A stretch of DNA of 64,000 bases from Epiperipatus broadwayi (GCA_028023455.1 JAQFVV010000006.1:9486001-9550000), one strand, 5' to 3'; positions 51,061 to 63,719 are shown, numbered from the stretch's first letter. A program made the numbers and translations. Notes: generated by a model not told the origin, from the letters alone.

Positions 51061-51508
51061 ACTACTAAACATCACATGATCACCATTTCTTATGCTTGCT
51101 CAAACTGTTAAAACAGGCAAAACTCTCCAAACAGTAGTGCCACTCAGTGCAAGCCAGAGTAATCAATGGATGCCAGAAGGCTTGTGCCATAAAATCCGTA
51201 TCTAGTAGCTACTCATTCAATACCCCCAGACTAGTTTCTTGCTTGTGGCTTTCATCAGTGAGGAGCCTTGGATCTGAGAGCACTGCATCCAGATCTTAGG
51301 ATCTAATGCAATCCCCCAGCAGCCACCTTTTAAGATCTAGGTGCAGTGCTCTCAGATCCAAGGCTCCTCACTGATGAAAGACACAAGCTAGAAACTAGTC
51401 TGGGGATATTGGATGAGTAGGCATTAGATAGGGATTTTATGAACAAGCCTTCTGGCATCCATTTATTACTCTGGCTTGCATTGAGTGGCACTATGGAGAG
51501 TTTTTTCC
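51061..51508. mobile_element. HH-C locus 13, near-symmetric hairpin with arms of about 180 bp and an HHR in each arm (51222-51263 minus; 51365-51406 plus)
   Basis: 51120-51300 mirrors 51330-51508; both arms share the gatgccagaaggct variant. Confidence 0.9.
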
Positions 51509-51699
51509 TGTTATAAAAATAAAAGAATAGCTCTATTGCTCTTGAGTTTCTAAGAAGTTCGAGCGCAAAAAGTGCTAGCACTGGGATCAATCCTAGGATC
51601 TCATATTTCGGAGTCCATTGACTCTTCTTTCACGGCATTAAATTACACACATCGTTTAGCATTAATGATAAATATTAATAACTTTAAAAATTCACAGAT

Positions 51700-52760
51700 A
51701 TTTTCAGTTATTTTCATAATCTTTACTCACTAAAGAATCTCTTTTCACATACAATACTTCACCCTATCCTTTCAACTTATCTTTGCTAATCTCCTCCAAA
51801 TCTTCATTTCAAAGTTTCCAGTCTTTACATTTCCATTTTCTTAATTATTCAATTCTCTGTTATAATCTTAACCAAACATTTAACAAGGATCACTAAAATA
51901 AAAATTAAAACTAATTGAAATGATCTGTGACTCAGTAGATCGCATGGTGTCTGAGTACTTAATTAATTCTAATTTTGAAGAGCGACAAAATAACTTCCAA
52001 CTCATATTAAGACTGTTTACCTATTGAAATTTCTCTTTCTAACATTATCATTATTTTTACCATCTGATAACCAACTTTCTAAAGGCATAAAGCTATTAAC
52101 TAACCTGATTTAAAACCTTCTGCCCAACTGTCACATGATCTTTTGCCACTTTCTATTCCCAGAGCTAACATTCTAGCCATCAAAACAGTACTCGTTAGTA
52201 AATCATTAAATAAATATCAAACATAATAGAAAATTAGAAATCATCTCCGATTTAACTCTCTCCTATATCTATCTCCTCTTTAAAAAGACTCTCAATTTTG
52301 TAAATATTTTTATGGTTCGGAAACAAATTTCCAATTAGTTATCTACTTTTACAACCTCTGTTCTTCAAACTTTCATCAAAATAAAATTCATTTTAAGGAC
52401 TGTTCTTCAAACTTTCATCAAAATAAAATTCATTTTAAGGACTGTTCTTCAAACTTTCATCAACATAAAATTCATTTTATGAAATACTATTTCAGGATCA
52501 ATATAACAAATAACAATTTACTTATCACTTTCTTCACGTATCTCAATAATATTTCTCATCAGTGCAACAACGATCTGACCAATTCAGATTAATATGGAAT
52601 ATAAATTTATCTCTAACTAATAAAAACTAGATTCCCATTTTCCAATCACTAATGGTTAGTTAAGGAGTTGGATACAAGTCGGCTAACTGAATGAAAAATT
52701 CTAAGACTGTAATCTGAAAAAATGTCGAGTTTCATTTAATTCAGGCTCAAATTCCAAATT
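51700..52760 (-). pseudogene. Old, decayed RTE-like LINE fragment from a different lineage
   Basis: Minus frames give MRNIIEIREESDK*IVICYID and WRRLAKIS*KDRV. Confidence 0.45.
52358..52480. repeat. 42-bp tandem repeat, about 3 units
   Basis: ctgttcttcaaactttcatcaaaataaaattcattttaagga repeated. Confidence 0.9.
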
Positions 52761-53559
52761 ATGGTTACAGCAAGCAATGAAATACATTACTCCATAAACC
52801 TGTTTTATCATCTTACTTTGGTAACTTGTAAATAAAAATTTAAAATAATTCCAGATGAATTGTACTATTGTATTAAATATGTTTATTCAAATTTAAATCT
52901 GATTTTGTAATAGCTTTTCGATATATTGAAGAAAGTTAAAATTTATTTATGTTGATATTGTTACTTCCTGTCATTAAAATATAAAATTCACTACCTGAGA
53001 CTTTTTTATTTCACATGATAACATCAATAAAGACATTTTAATTATTTACATCTACTTAAATTTAGTTAAGGGAGTATATTATGTAATGTTTTATCCATTC
53101 GGTTCTATTTTACATTGCTGGAACTGCAGAAACAGTTTTATTATTTTTTATCTTGGATCCTGTTTCGAAACTCCAAAATTGTGATAGTAAACATAAAAAC
53201 ACTAATTAGACTTTTTGTCTTTTTTTTAATTTGTGTTAAATAATAAATAAATAAAATAAAATAATTTTTATGGCCTGTTTCTCAGAGATGATGCTTGAGC
53301 ATTAAAGGAGCAGGCTGGGCACAACAGCTTTTCCTTGGCTGAGAATCGATTAGAGAACTTTTAGCTTTGAAACTGCCAATCTCGGAACTAAACTAAATTG
53401 TTCGGAGCATTTACATACATATTTATTTAATCAAACAGATATCCGTATGACTTTTTCAGTTTGTGTTTACAAGAGCAGTTATTTCCATACTACTCTAGGG
53501 CCATCTATTATAAACTTGAATAATCAATGTGCATTGGACAATATAGACTACAATATCTA

Positions 53560-53655
53560 CATCCCCAGAATAGTTTCTGGCTTTTGCCTTCATCAATGAA
53601 TACTTAGAATACAAACCTGGAACTAATGCACTTATGCATACAGCAGCCATTTTTA
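53560..53655 (-). mobile_element. HH-C locus 14, diverged relic
   Basis: Minus strand TTGATGA A GGC AAAA GCC A GAAA CTAT TC TGGGGA. Confidence 0.55.
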
Positions 53656-54406
53656 CTTCCTTTGTGTTATTCAAGCAGAAATTTAAAAAAAAAAAACATA
53701 AGATTTTTGAATCCAAACTAATTCAATTGCATAGCTATATAGATTTGACATTGTGTCAGTTTCTATGTATTTTAATCACATCAATTTTATGCCAACATTA
53801 ACTCCCTTTTACTCTTTCTCTAAAATGGTTAATACCAAAGTCACTTAATTAAAACCAGCGAAGTAAAATATTATGTACTTTTTATTTTAATTTAATTAAA
53901 TTTTTTATTCTATTTAATATTATTTTTTATTCTATTTAATATTTTTTTTTTACAATATTTTTTCTGTTTTTTAATATGACTTTTATTAAATATTATTTTG
54001 ATTATCAAAGTCTATTAGTGTAATGCAAATTACTTGTTCAATTATGCTAATGCCGCCATATTGTTTCATTGGTGATATTTTACCATTTATTGTCTTATTT
54101 AACTTAATATTAAAGCATTTGATTAATTTAGCAATAAATTTAGAAGAAAAAAAATATTTCCCTTTATAGTAATTAAAATTATTCTGTATAATTGTAAATC
54201 CTAAAAGTTATTAGATAAATCATTTTTTATATAAATAATTACGTTTAAATCTAATATTATAAGCACGGTCAGCACTAACATTAAATGCTTTGTCTCCACT
54301 TTGAGGAACACTCAAACCAAAATCAATTTCCCACAAATAATTTAGTTTTTTTTCTGGAGAAGATACATATACATATGTCCCCAGTTATTCATCATCATCA
54401 TCATCA

Positions 54407-57337
54407 TCAACCATTATCAATCCACTGCAGGATGAAGGTCTCTCCAAGTTTAATCCATCTTCTCCGATCTTTAGCTTCTCTTCTCCACATCATCCCTGCA
54501 CACTTATTTCATCCATCCATCTCACATGTGGTCTCTTTCTGGGTCTTTTACAATCTCTTGGAATCCAGTTTAAAATTTCAATTGTCCATCTATTATCATC
54601 TCTTCTAGCAATATGTCCAGCCCAACTCCATTTCAATCTTTTAATTTTTTCAATAAGGTCAGTAACACCTGTTTGTTGTCTTACCCATACATTGCATTTT
54701 CGATCTCTTCTTGTTACTCCCAACATACATCTCTCCATACTCCTTTGAGTGGTCTGAAGTCTCTGTATTGCTCTTCCATTAAGTGTCCAAGTCTCAGATC
54801 CATAAGTAAAAACTGGTAAAACACATTTGTTAAAAACCATCCTTTTCAAACACATAGGCATATTTCCTTTTAGTATCAAGTTATTTCTACCAAAAGCACT
54901 CCAACCAAGTTTAATTCTATGATTAATTTCCTCCATTATGTTTCCATCTGTATTAATAATCTGACCAAGGTATTTGTAACTGTTAACTTCTTCTAATTCT
55001 TCATAATCAATCTTTATTTTCATATTTTGAGCAAATTGATTAAACATTACTTTAGTCTTTTTAACATTTATCTTTAGTCCTACTTTTCTACTTTCATCTG
55101 CTAACTCCTGCAACATTTCCTGCAGCTCTGAAGCATTATTTGCAAAAACAACTACATCATCTGCGAAATCTAAATGACTTAAATACTCTCCATTTACTTT
55201 CACTCCTTTAGTTTCCCATTTTAATCCACAAAATACTTTCTTGGAGATATGGAGTCACCTTGTCTTACACCTTTCTCAATGTTGATTTTTCCAGTATCAT
55301 TATGTAATCTAATTGTTGCTGTTGCATTTTTATAAATATTCTTTAAAATATGACAATATCCTGGATCTATACCTTGATGATCCAATGCTTTAATCACTGA
55401 AGAAATGTGTATAGAATCAAATGCCTTTTCATAATCTACAAATCCAAAACATAATGACAACTCATATTCGTTTGACCTTTCTATGACTTCTCTCAATACC
55501 TGGATATGATCTATTGTACTAAAACCACTTTTAAATCCAGCTTGTTCTCTTGGTTGGTGGAAATCCAAAGTTCTCTGTAGACAAGTTGTAATTATCTTGG
55601 TAAAAATTTTATATAAAACTGATAAAAGGCTGATAGGTCTGTAATTTCTAATATCTTCTTTATCACCTTTTTTAAATATTAATATTATTACTGCATTCTT
55701 CCAATCTTCCGGTACATCTTTATCATTTAGACATTTGGTATATAACTTTGCTAAAATTGTTTCTATTTCTTCACCTGCTTCTTTTAATATATCAATTATA
55801 ATTCCATCATTTCCTGGAGCCTTTCCTTTCTTCATACACTTAATTGCATGTCTCACTTCTTCATTTAAAATTCTGGGCAATTCGGATGATGTAATAGATA
55901 TAGGAGGTACTTGTTCTTTATTACTATATAATTCTTGATAAAAATCTTCTACCAATTTCATGATGTCATCTCTCTTTTTAGTAATAATTCCATCTTTTTT
56001 TCTTATTGCAGATATAAATTTCCTACCAATACCAAAATGTTGTTTAACATTTTTGAGACTTTTATTTTCTTCTACAGCTTTCCTTGCTATTTCACAGTTA
56101 TACTTTCTTATATCATTTTCAACTCTTTTCCATACCATTTTACAAAATTTGAGATATTCAATTCTTTTTAATACATCATTTTTGTATATCTTCATATTCC
56201 TTCTTTTCTTCATAAATTCTCTAGTCTCAGTAGAAATTTTATTAGTCAATTGCTGCTTTTTTCTACCAGCTATGTTTGTTGCAGTTTTTAAAAGTGTATC
56301 AGTTATTTTCATATTAATTTCATTCAAATCTGAATCATGTTCAAAATCTCCTAACACTTGAAACCTATTTGTAAGTTCTAATTTAAATTCATTAGAATGT
56401 TTCTGAAGATTAGGAATATCAACTGTAAATATTGTTTTTCTTAATAATTTTTGTCTCTCTAGTTTTACATTAACACGTAACTTACACCTTACTAATCGAT
56501 GATCACTTCCTGTGTTAAATTTATTAAGAACATTACAATCTTGAAATATGTATTTTCTGTTAGTCAAAATATAATCCAATTCTGCTGTACCTTCATTTGG
56601 ATGCTTCCATGTCCATTTCCTTTTAACATTTTTCTCAAAAAATGAATTCATAATATAAAGTTTTTCTTTTTCTGCAAACTCCACAAGTCTATGTCCTCTC
56701 TCATTTCTATTACCATAACCAAAATTACCTACAGCAATTTCATCTTTCATTTGTCTACCAATTCTAGCATTAAAGTCTCCCATAACAATTTTAAAATGTT
56801 GTTTACTCTGATCAAAAGCCTTTTGTACATCCATATAAAAATCTTCTACTACTTCATCACTATGAGAACTTGTTGGGGCATAAACCTGAATTATCTGCAT
56901 TTGGTATCTGCTATTAAGTTGTATAACTAATCTTGCCACTCTGTCCGATACACCATCAATCTCCACAATATTGTTCTTCCACTTTTTATTTATAATGAAT
57001 CCTACTCCACTTGTATTTCCAATATGTGTGCCTTTATAATAGAGTATATGTCCACTTTTTAAATCAATTGTTTCTTCCCTTTTCTTCTAACTTCACAAAG
57101 TCCAATAATGTCCCATTTAATATAAGACAATTCTTCTTCTAATTCTTGCAATCTTCCTTCACTTGAAAGTGATCTGCAGTTGTAAGTACCTAAATAAAAA
57201 GTCATCATCAAATGGCAGCCTGGGTCCGCAATCAGGGGATTCTTAGCACCCTCCGCCTTCGGCCACCAACCGCTGCCTTGGTTGGTGACTTTACAGCTTC
57301 CTGGGAATAAGGGCCATGCTTTATTTTTGTCTGTCAT
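54407..57337 (-). pseudogene. RTE ORF (AP endonuclease + reverse transcriptase), disrupted by three lesions
   Basis: GTYNCRSL, IIGLCEVRR, VYAPT, MGDFNA, SDHRLV, KAPGND, NYRPISLL, FVDYEKAFD, GVRQGDSISP, LDFADD, YKYLG; frame breaks near 57080, 55240 and 54500. Confidence 0.95.
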
Positions 57338-57497
57338 AATTGTATATATGTATTGAAAAAATATTTATCATTTACACAAACATTCATTCTGCCTTATCAG
57401 GCACTGAGAAGAAAGACCATGGTGTTTCTTGATCTTAAACTCAGAGGTAAAAAGCCAATAAACTCACCACGCTGGCTAATGCGTGTTGGTGAGCAGC

Positions 57498-57663
57498 CCA
57501 TCCATGTTCATATACTATATGAATAATCACATAGTAATAACAGCTGCAACAACAAGAACGTATGGAGTGGACATTAGGAATTTGCCCTGCTCGGTTCCTT
57601 TAAGGCCTCCAAGAGGAATCAAAGGGTCTCCTTTCAGTTAATAGCCAACTTCTTTCTGCAGCC
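57498..57663 (-). ncRNA. HDV-like ribozyme fold at the RTE 5' end (probably decayed)
   Basis: P1 GGCTGCA/TGCAGCT with G1-U; P2 CCACTCCAT/ATGGATGG; P3 ACG/TGT; L3 TTCTTGT; P4 TACTATGTGA-TTAT-TCATATAGTA; J4/2 TATGAAC. Confidence 0.7.
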
Positions 57664-58374
57664 CCCCAGTTATTACTCTATATTAATTCTGAGAAAAGAC
57701 CATTCACGAAATGAATTATATGACAAATAATATTACTATATATAATTTCAAAATTCAGTCACAGAAATAAATATATGGCATAAATAACATAAAATTCATC
57801 TGAAGACTTAAGACCAAATGTGACCTGAACAAAATTTCCTAGTTCAATAGATTTACTTATACAGCAGACGTCCTGGAAATTTGAAATTAAACTCCTTGTT
57901 TCCAATAGCAGTGAATCTAGATAAAAGATCCATTCTTTTGTCTGTACTGTCTTTATATATCTTTCTAACCAATAATTAAATTTAATTAGAACTGCTGATG
58001 TTAAAGCAAATTTAGCTTTATTCTATTTTCATTTTACATAATTAGTTGCAATGTTGTAGAGACAGGATTTTAATTAATTAAGGAATTTATGTTAGCTTCT
58101 GGATTCATTTATCTGAAGATCTTTAGTTTGCAAATCTCTAATAACATTCTATTTTAAGAGACTAATTAAATCTATTTCCTTCCAAATTAGACTTGTATTT
58201 TAGCTATCTTAGTTTAAGTGTACAAATTATATATATTACATATATATAGTGAGCATTATTACAATTATTATTTAACTAATACATTGTTGGAGCGAAATTT
58301 TAAAGTTATAATTGCAGTTTAAATGTTACAACTGAAACACACAGGCTTATTATATACCTGTGTCTATATGTGTA

Positions 58375-58555
58375 ATATATAGGGTATATGAGCACAGACT
58401 TTCACACGACCCACCACTCTCCACAATATCTCATAACACTGATACACTTGACCACATATCTTTTCAACATATACGTGTTCAAGTGCATCAGTGTTATGAG
58501 ATAGTGTGGAGAGCGGTGGGTCGTGTGAAAGTCTGTGCTCATATACCCTATATAT
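58375..58555. repeat. Near-perfect hairpin (77-bp arms, 27-nt loop) related to the HH-A 3' flank
   Basis: 58375-58451 mirrors 58479-58555; cacagactttca, acccacc, atatctcata and actgatacac blocks shared with 2630-2690 and 5315-5375. Confidence 0.75.
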
Positions 58556-59409
58556 TTAAATGTTAGAATTGATTATTTAATGGTCTGCATTCAGAACAAG
58601 TTATATTTATCTGTTTAAGGAGGTTTATTTAAAACTTCTTTGTATCAATAATTTCAGTCTCTGTGATCAAGTTGCAATCTTTAGTACCTACATAGATATA
58701 CTGGACCATAAGTAAAGATGGGATTCCACTTTTATTGTTAAGGAAGATTGCCCTGACAACAGGTTTAAGATTATTATTGCTACTGAGATTGTCTAAGTGT
58801 TAACTGATTTGTATGAATTTGTATATATTTATATACATATTGAACTAATCTCCTATTTATAGCATTAAGAAAATACCAGAATTGGATGTTTGCATCTTAA
58901 ATCAAATTGGCAGATAATAACTTTATTTAAAATACGTTTTTTGACATCTAAATATTTATACTACAGCATTCAATTTATAGATAGATAGATATGAGTAAGC
59001 AATAATGTGCTTTCTATTTAGATAATAATAAAAACTAAGATTCTTAACTTATGTAATCGCTAATTCTTCAGCTAAAATACTCTCAATATTATCATAAAAC
59101 AAACAGTCTCTTATAATGTAAGACAGATGTAAGTTATCATACTAGGAAATGTAAAGTATTTATAAATAGGATCCATTTGCTCTCTTAATTTCTTTTTGCA
59201 TTAATTATATTATATTCACTATATATATATAAATAATAAATAATTTTACTTATGCATATCATTTTCTTATTTAAGCTAACAGTTTCAACTGTAGAAGTTT
59301 TCTAAAAAGGGCTGCATATACAAATACATAAATGTATAACCATACACATACAACAAAATATTTTGATATATATGATTTAATAATGTAATATCTTTATATA
59401 CTTGAATAT

Positions 59410-59455
59410 TTACAGCTCGAAGAAAGACTGTTGTACAATCGAAACAGCATAAAAA
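59410..59455 (+). ncRNA. Decayed HH-B-like hammerhead motif
   Basis: gctCGAAGA aa GACTG ttgta CAATC GAAA CAGC. Confidence 0.4.
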
Positions 59456-59769
59456 TAAACACATTAAAATAAGTGCATAAGTGATTTACTTTTTGTATAT
59501 ACCATATACTGAAAGTATGGAACTCTTATTATTTACTTAAAGTATATACTTTATTAATAACCCAAATTTTATATACACTTTTTACAAATAAACCACATGG
59601 GTTAACTATCAGATATACATAATAATTATTTCACTCGACAAGCACATATAATATATTTCCGTATAGGAAGATATTTTAAATATTTCTATATATTCAATAT
59701 ACCTATCTCACTATATACATATAAAGCAAATACTAAAGGTCTATATTATTATATCAATTAATTCATAAA

Positions 59770-59950
59770 TTACAAGAGCAAACTCTATTTATTCTACCCC
59801 AGTGCTGCCATCTGTTAAGAACTTGAATAATCAATAGATAGTAGGTGAGAGCAGGAATTAAATTCATAACCAATGCTATACTATCCACATCTCCAGACTA
59901 GTTGCTGGTTTATGATTATTGTCAGTGAGAGGCTTGAACCTCGATCTAAT
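59770..59950 (-). mobile_element. HH-C locus 15, strongly diverged relic
   Basis: taatcaatagat, ctccagactagtt and gtcagtgag blocks in HH-C order. Confidence 0.5.
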
Positions 59951-60683
59951 GCACTACCATATAATGATTATTCAAGTAAATAATAACAACGGAGTGCAGT
60001 AAATATGCTTCTATACTGCATTGTATCAGTTGGGGATCGTGTGAAGTTTTTTGGTTTCATAATCATAAATTAAACAGCTAATTATTGTAGTAATTCTAAT
60101 GTAGTGATTTCCAAAATATTTAAACAGTCCAAATAAGGTTTCACAAATGCTCTGAAATCCAAATGCAATAATTCTTGCATTCTTAAAATCAATCCAATAT
60201 TATCATAAGTGCAGCTTCTATCCCACAATACCCAATCAGAGATCAATTATTTAGTAACTACTAATACAATAACAAGATGTTTCCTAATTTAACGATTATT
60301 TGTTTCAGCCACTAATCTTTCCCAACCATTACTGTGATTTGAATATCTTAACTGCAGTTATCAAGGCATAAAGTTTTAGCAACAAAATGTAGCACCAAAG
60401 ATGAAGATTGACAGCATATCATGCAATGATTAACTACACATGACTACAATAAGTTTTATTATTCAAATAGGGTAATGAAAAATTGCTATTTTCACAAAAC
60501 AATACAATATTGACTATGTCCAAAGAAATATAAAAATCAACAGCACATACAAATTATTACCAACAATCAAATTTATATAAATTATTGCAAAAAGACACAT
60601 TCTTTAAATCTTTGTTAACCTTTTTTGAATAAATAATAAAATCCATCATTGGCAAACATATTTAATTATCCCTGCAGTAGCCT

Positions 60684-61142
60684 TTTGTTTGAAAAAGGTT
60701 TCTAATAACTGTGTTTTAGCAGTTCTTACTTATGAATCTGAAACTTGGACATTTAACAGAAGAACAATACAGAGACTTCAGACCACTCAAAGAAGTATGG
60801 AGAGATGCATGTTAGGAATAACAAGAAGAGATCGAAAACACAATACAGGGGTAAGAGAACAAACAGGTGTTACTGACATTGATGAAAGAATTAAAGGAAT
60901 GAAGTCTAGTTGGGCTGGGCATATTACTAGAAGAGATGATTATAGATGGACAATTGAAATTTTAAACTGGATTCCAAGAGATTGTAAAAAACCCAGAAAA
61001 AGACCACATGTGAGATGGATAGATGAAATAAGATAGTACGCAGGAATGATGTGGAGAAGAGAGACTAAGGATCAGAGAAGATGGATTGAACTTGGGGAGA
61101 TCTTCACCCTGCATTGGTTTGATAATGGTCGATGATGATGAT
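60684..61142 (+). mobile_element. 5'-truncated RTE LINE 3' end (relatively young)
   Basis: ORF 60689-61036 closely matches the C-terminus of the full-length copy; (GAT)n tail. Confidence 0.92.
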
Positions 61143-62084
61143 AGTAGCCTTTCATAATTCCCATGGAAATAAAAGTTCAGTGGGACAAATAGTACATACT
61201 AATAAAAAAAAACTCTTTCAGTCTGCTTTGAAAAAAAATTCTAAGTTTCAAACGCTAGATTATGAACATGGTAGGTTGGTGCATTAACCACAATGACATA
61301 ACAGCATTCATTCCATTGTACTACTAATTATTATAAGAGCATGTAAATAATTTTATGGTTTGTTAAATATGAAACGCTAATAATATGAACCTATTTACCA
61401 GAACAACTAAGAATATGAACCTATTTACCAGAAGAAACTTACGAATATATTACTAAGACAAATAACAAGCAAGATCCCAGAGAATCATGTGATTTTATCT
61501 GCAAACAACAAGTACCTTTTGTTATATCCGTGTCAATTAACCTTTACATGACAAAATAGATTGATATAATAAAATGTTATCATCATTTACAGATTTATTT
61601 GATTCTTTGGGGATCTTTTAAATAATGTAATATATTCAGACTTGTTTGTTCCAGGAAATAAATTCCGTTACATATATCAAGATAAAAGATTTGCAAGTCT
61701 TCTAACCTGATCTACTTCTTTTACAGTCAATTTCTTTTATTCGTCTATTCTTAAGCTCTACTTAAGTTTTTAATTTTTGGCTCTATTCAAAATGTCTATC
61801 AAAAGAAATCTATTTTGAAGTTGAAAAAAATAATAATTGAAAAAAAAGAAAGACATAGTTACAGATAGGGACTTTTTGAAGGACCTAATAAAAAAAAAAA
61901 AAAGCAGCCAGAAAATGCTAAATGCATTATTATAACTTCGAATATGGACACAAACGTGAAAAACATAAAATGATTTGGTGAAATGAAACACAAGTTTCAG
62001 CCACAAGCAAGTTTCTAGAAAAGTGTTAATAAACAGATCACAATGAAGTATTAAAGATTAGAAGTGGAAGGAATATACAGAATA

Positions 62085-62200
62085 ATATTAATATCATCTG
62101 TATTCTTTATTACTTTTTACAATGCTTTTTTACAACCCACTATTGAAGGTTTTGATTGCCCCAGCAATCTTCTTCAGAACTATAACAAGCACAATACGGA
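62085..62200 (-). mobile_element. HH-B terminus; HHR 62141-62180 with GAAA>AAAA
   Basis: Minus strand gttCTGAAGA A GATTGC TGGG GCAATC AAAA CC; flank shared with 11330-11410. Confidence 0.65.
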
Positions 62201-63175
62201 ATACTATAAAAATATGAACTAAATGATTTTTCACAAGATCAATAGACAATGAAATCGTATTAGCCGTGAGATCTTTGCCAAAAAGGATGATCACAGGCAC
62301 TGATGTTATTACAAACACAATATTTATAAAAAAATTACAAACATAATATTTATAAAAAAAATTAAAACAGAAACAATAAAAGTATGGCTAAATTAAGCCA
62401 ATTAAACTGGAAAACCAAACAATGACCTAAAAATTAGAAGGAAATCAATTCATTTCTTTACTAAAGAAAAAACTAAAATCACAGCTGTATCATCCATGGA
62501 AGCAAGGAAAATAGTACTTTCTTCTAATAATTACGTATTTTTAAAATATTTTTGTATTTATTATATAAAATTTTCTTAATTTTTTTTTCATCAAAAAAGT
62601 ACAAAAATCAAGTATTTATCTAGGTGGTTTGTTGAATAAAATACACCAGTTAAAATAAAGAGTATGCTAATAGTTCTATCAACCTTTACCGATAAATGCC
62701 GCAAGAGAATGCATTGCATACTCTTTATTTTAATTTATAATTACAAGCTTATCAAGTTAAGTCACGTGATGTACGACTTGATTTTATTTACTAAAATATA
62801 CCAGCTGTTTCCAAAATGCTATTCTCCAAATAATGCTTTCTCACGCTGGTAAAAACGAGAAAATCAACCGTTTATTTATCCTAGCAGATCCATCGAATAA
62901 TTTATATCAGTTGGTTTTAGAATGGTGGGCTGTGATATTTTCTCACATTGACACGTCTTCGTTATGTGTGCTACTAAAAGAAATTTTGGAAGTAAATCCA
63001 CAAATAGAAAGATATATCAGCAAACATTATGACATCATGTTGCAATAGTTCAAAGATATTCGCAATAGCTTATACTTCGTCATGTAGGAATTATATGGAA
63101 CATTAATTGGTCTCATATTTTTCAAGTTAAATACGAATATTTAAAACAAATAGTAGTATATAATAATATATAAAA

Positions 63176-63630
63176 TCATTATCATTTTCAATCATTACAG
63201 AACCACTGCAGGAAGAAGGTCTCTCCAAGCTTAATCCAGTTACTCCAATCCCTAGCTTTTCTTTTCTGCAATACAGCAACATATTTCTTATTTCATCTAT
63301 CTTGCGCATGGCCTCTTTCTAGGTCTTTTACAATCTCTTGGGATCCGGTTTAAGACTTCAGTTATCCACCAACTATCAGAGCTCTATTTTCATTTCTTAA
63401 TTCTTTCAATGATGTCAGCGATGTCTGTTTGTTCTCTTATTCATGTATTTAGTTTTTGATTTTTTCTTGTTACTCCTAACATAATTTCTCCATACTCTAT
63501 TGAGTGGTCTGAAATCTCTGTTATCGCTCATCTGTTAAGTATCCAAGTCTTAGATCCATGAGTAAGAATTGGTAAACCACATCCATTAAAAACATTCCTG
63601 TTCAAACTATAGGCGAATTTCCTTTTAATA
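63176..63630 (-). mobile_element. 5'-truncated decayed RTE LINE
   Basis: Homologous to 54390-54880. Confidence 0.85.
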
Positions 63631-63719
63631 GTAAATTGATTTTATAGCATACTTTTTCAACTTCTTTATGCCACTTACTATAAGTTTTAGAAAGCAATGG
63701 CAGTTGCCAGATGACAGTG

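Larger units (their letters stand above)
54390..57663 (-). mobile_element. Full-length RTE-clade LINE, 3274 bp, with 11-bp TSD
   Basis: TSD ccccagttatt at 54379-54389 and 57664-57674; (TGA)n tail; single APE+RT ORF. Confidence 0.95.

Noticed and set aside
51330-51590. Recurrent peptide KSLSSAYSSNIPRLVSSLWLSSVR in ORFs at 17208, 44064 and 51330
   Set aside because: It is the antisense frame of the HH-C repeat across the ribozyme; there is no consistent start codon, and copies carry frame-breaking indels.
54285-56930. Plus-strand ORFs at 54285, 54613, 55735, 55935, 55960 and 56691
   Set aside because: Antisense shadows of the RTE ORF.
57230-57320. GCTAAGAAT plus a 10-bp hairpin in the RTE N-terminal coding region as an HDV-like ribozyme
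   Set aside because: No P3/L3/P1 in the required order; the complete fold lies at the TSD-defined 5' end instead.
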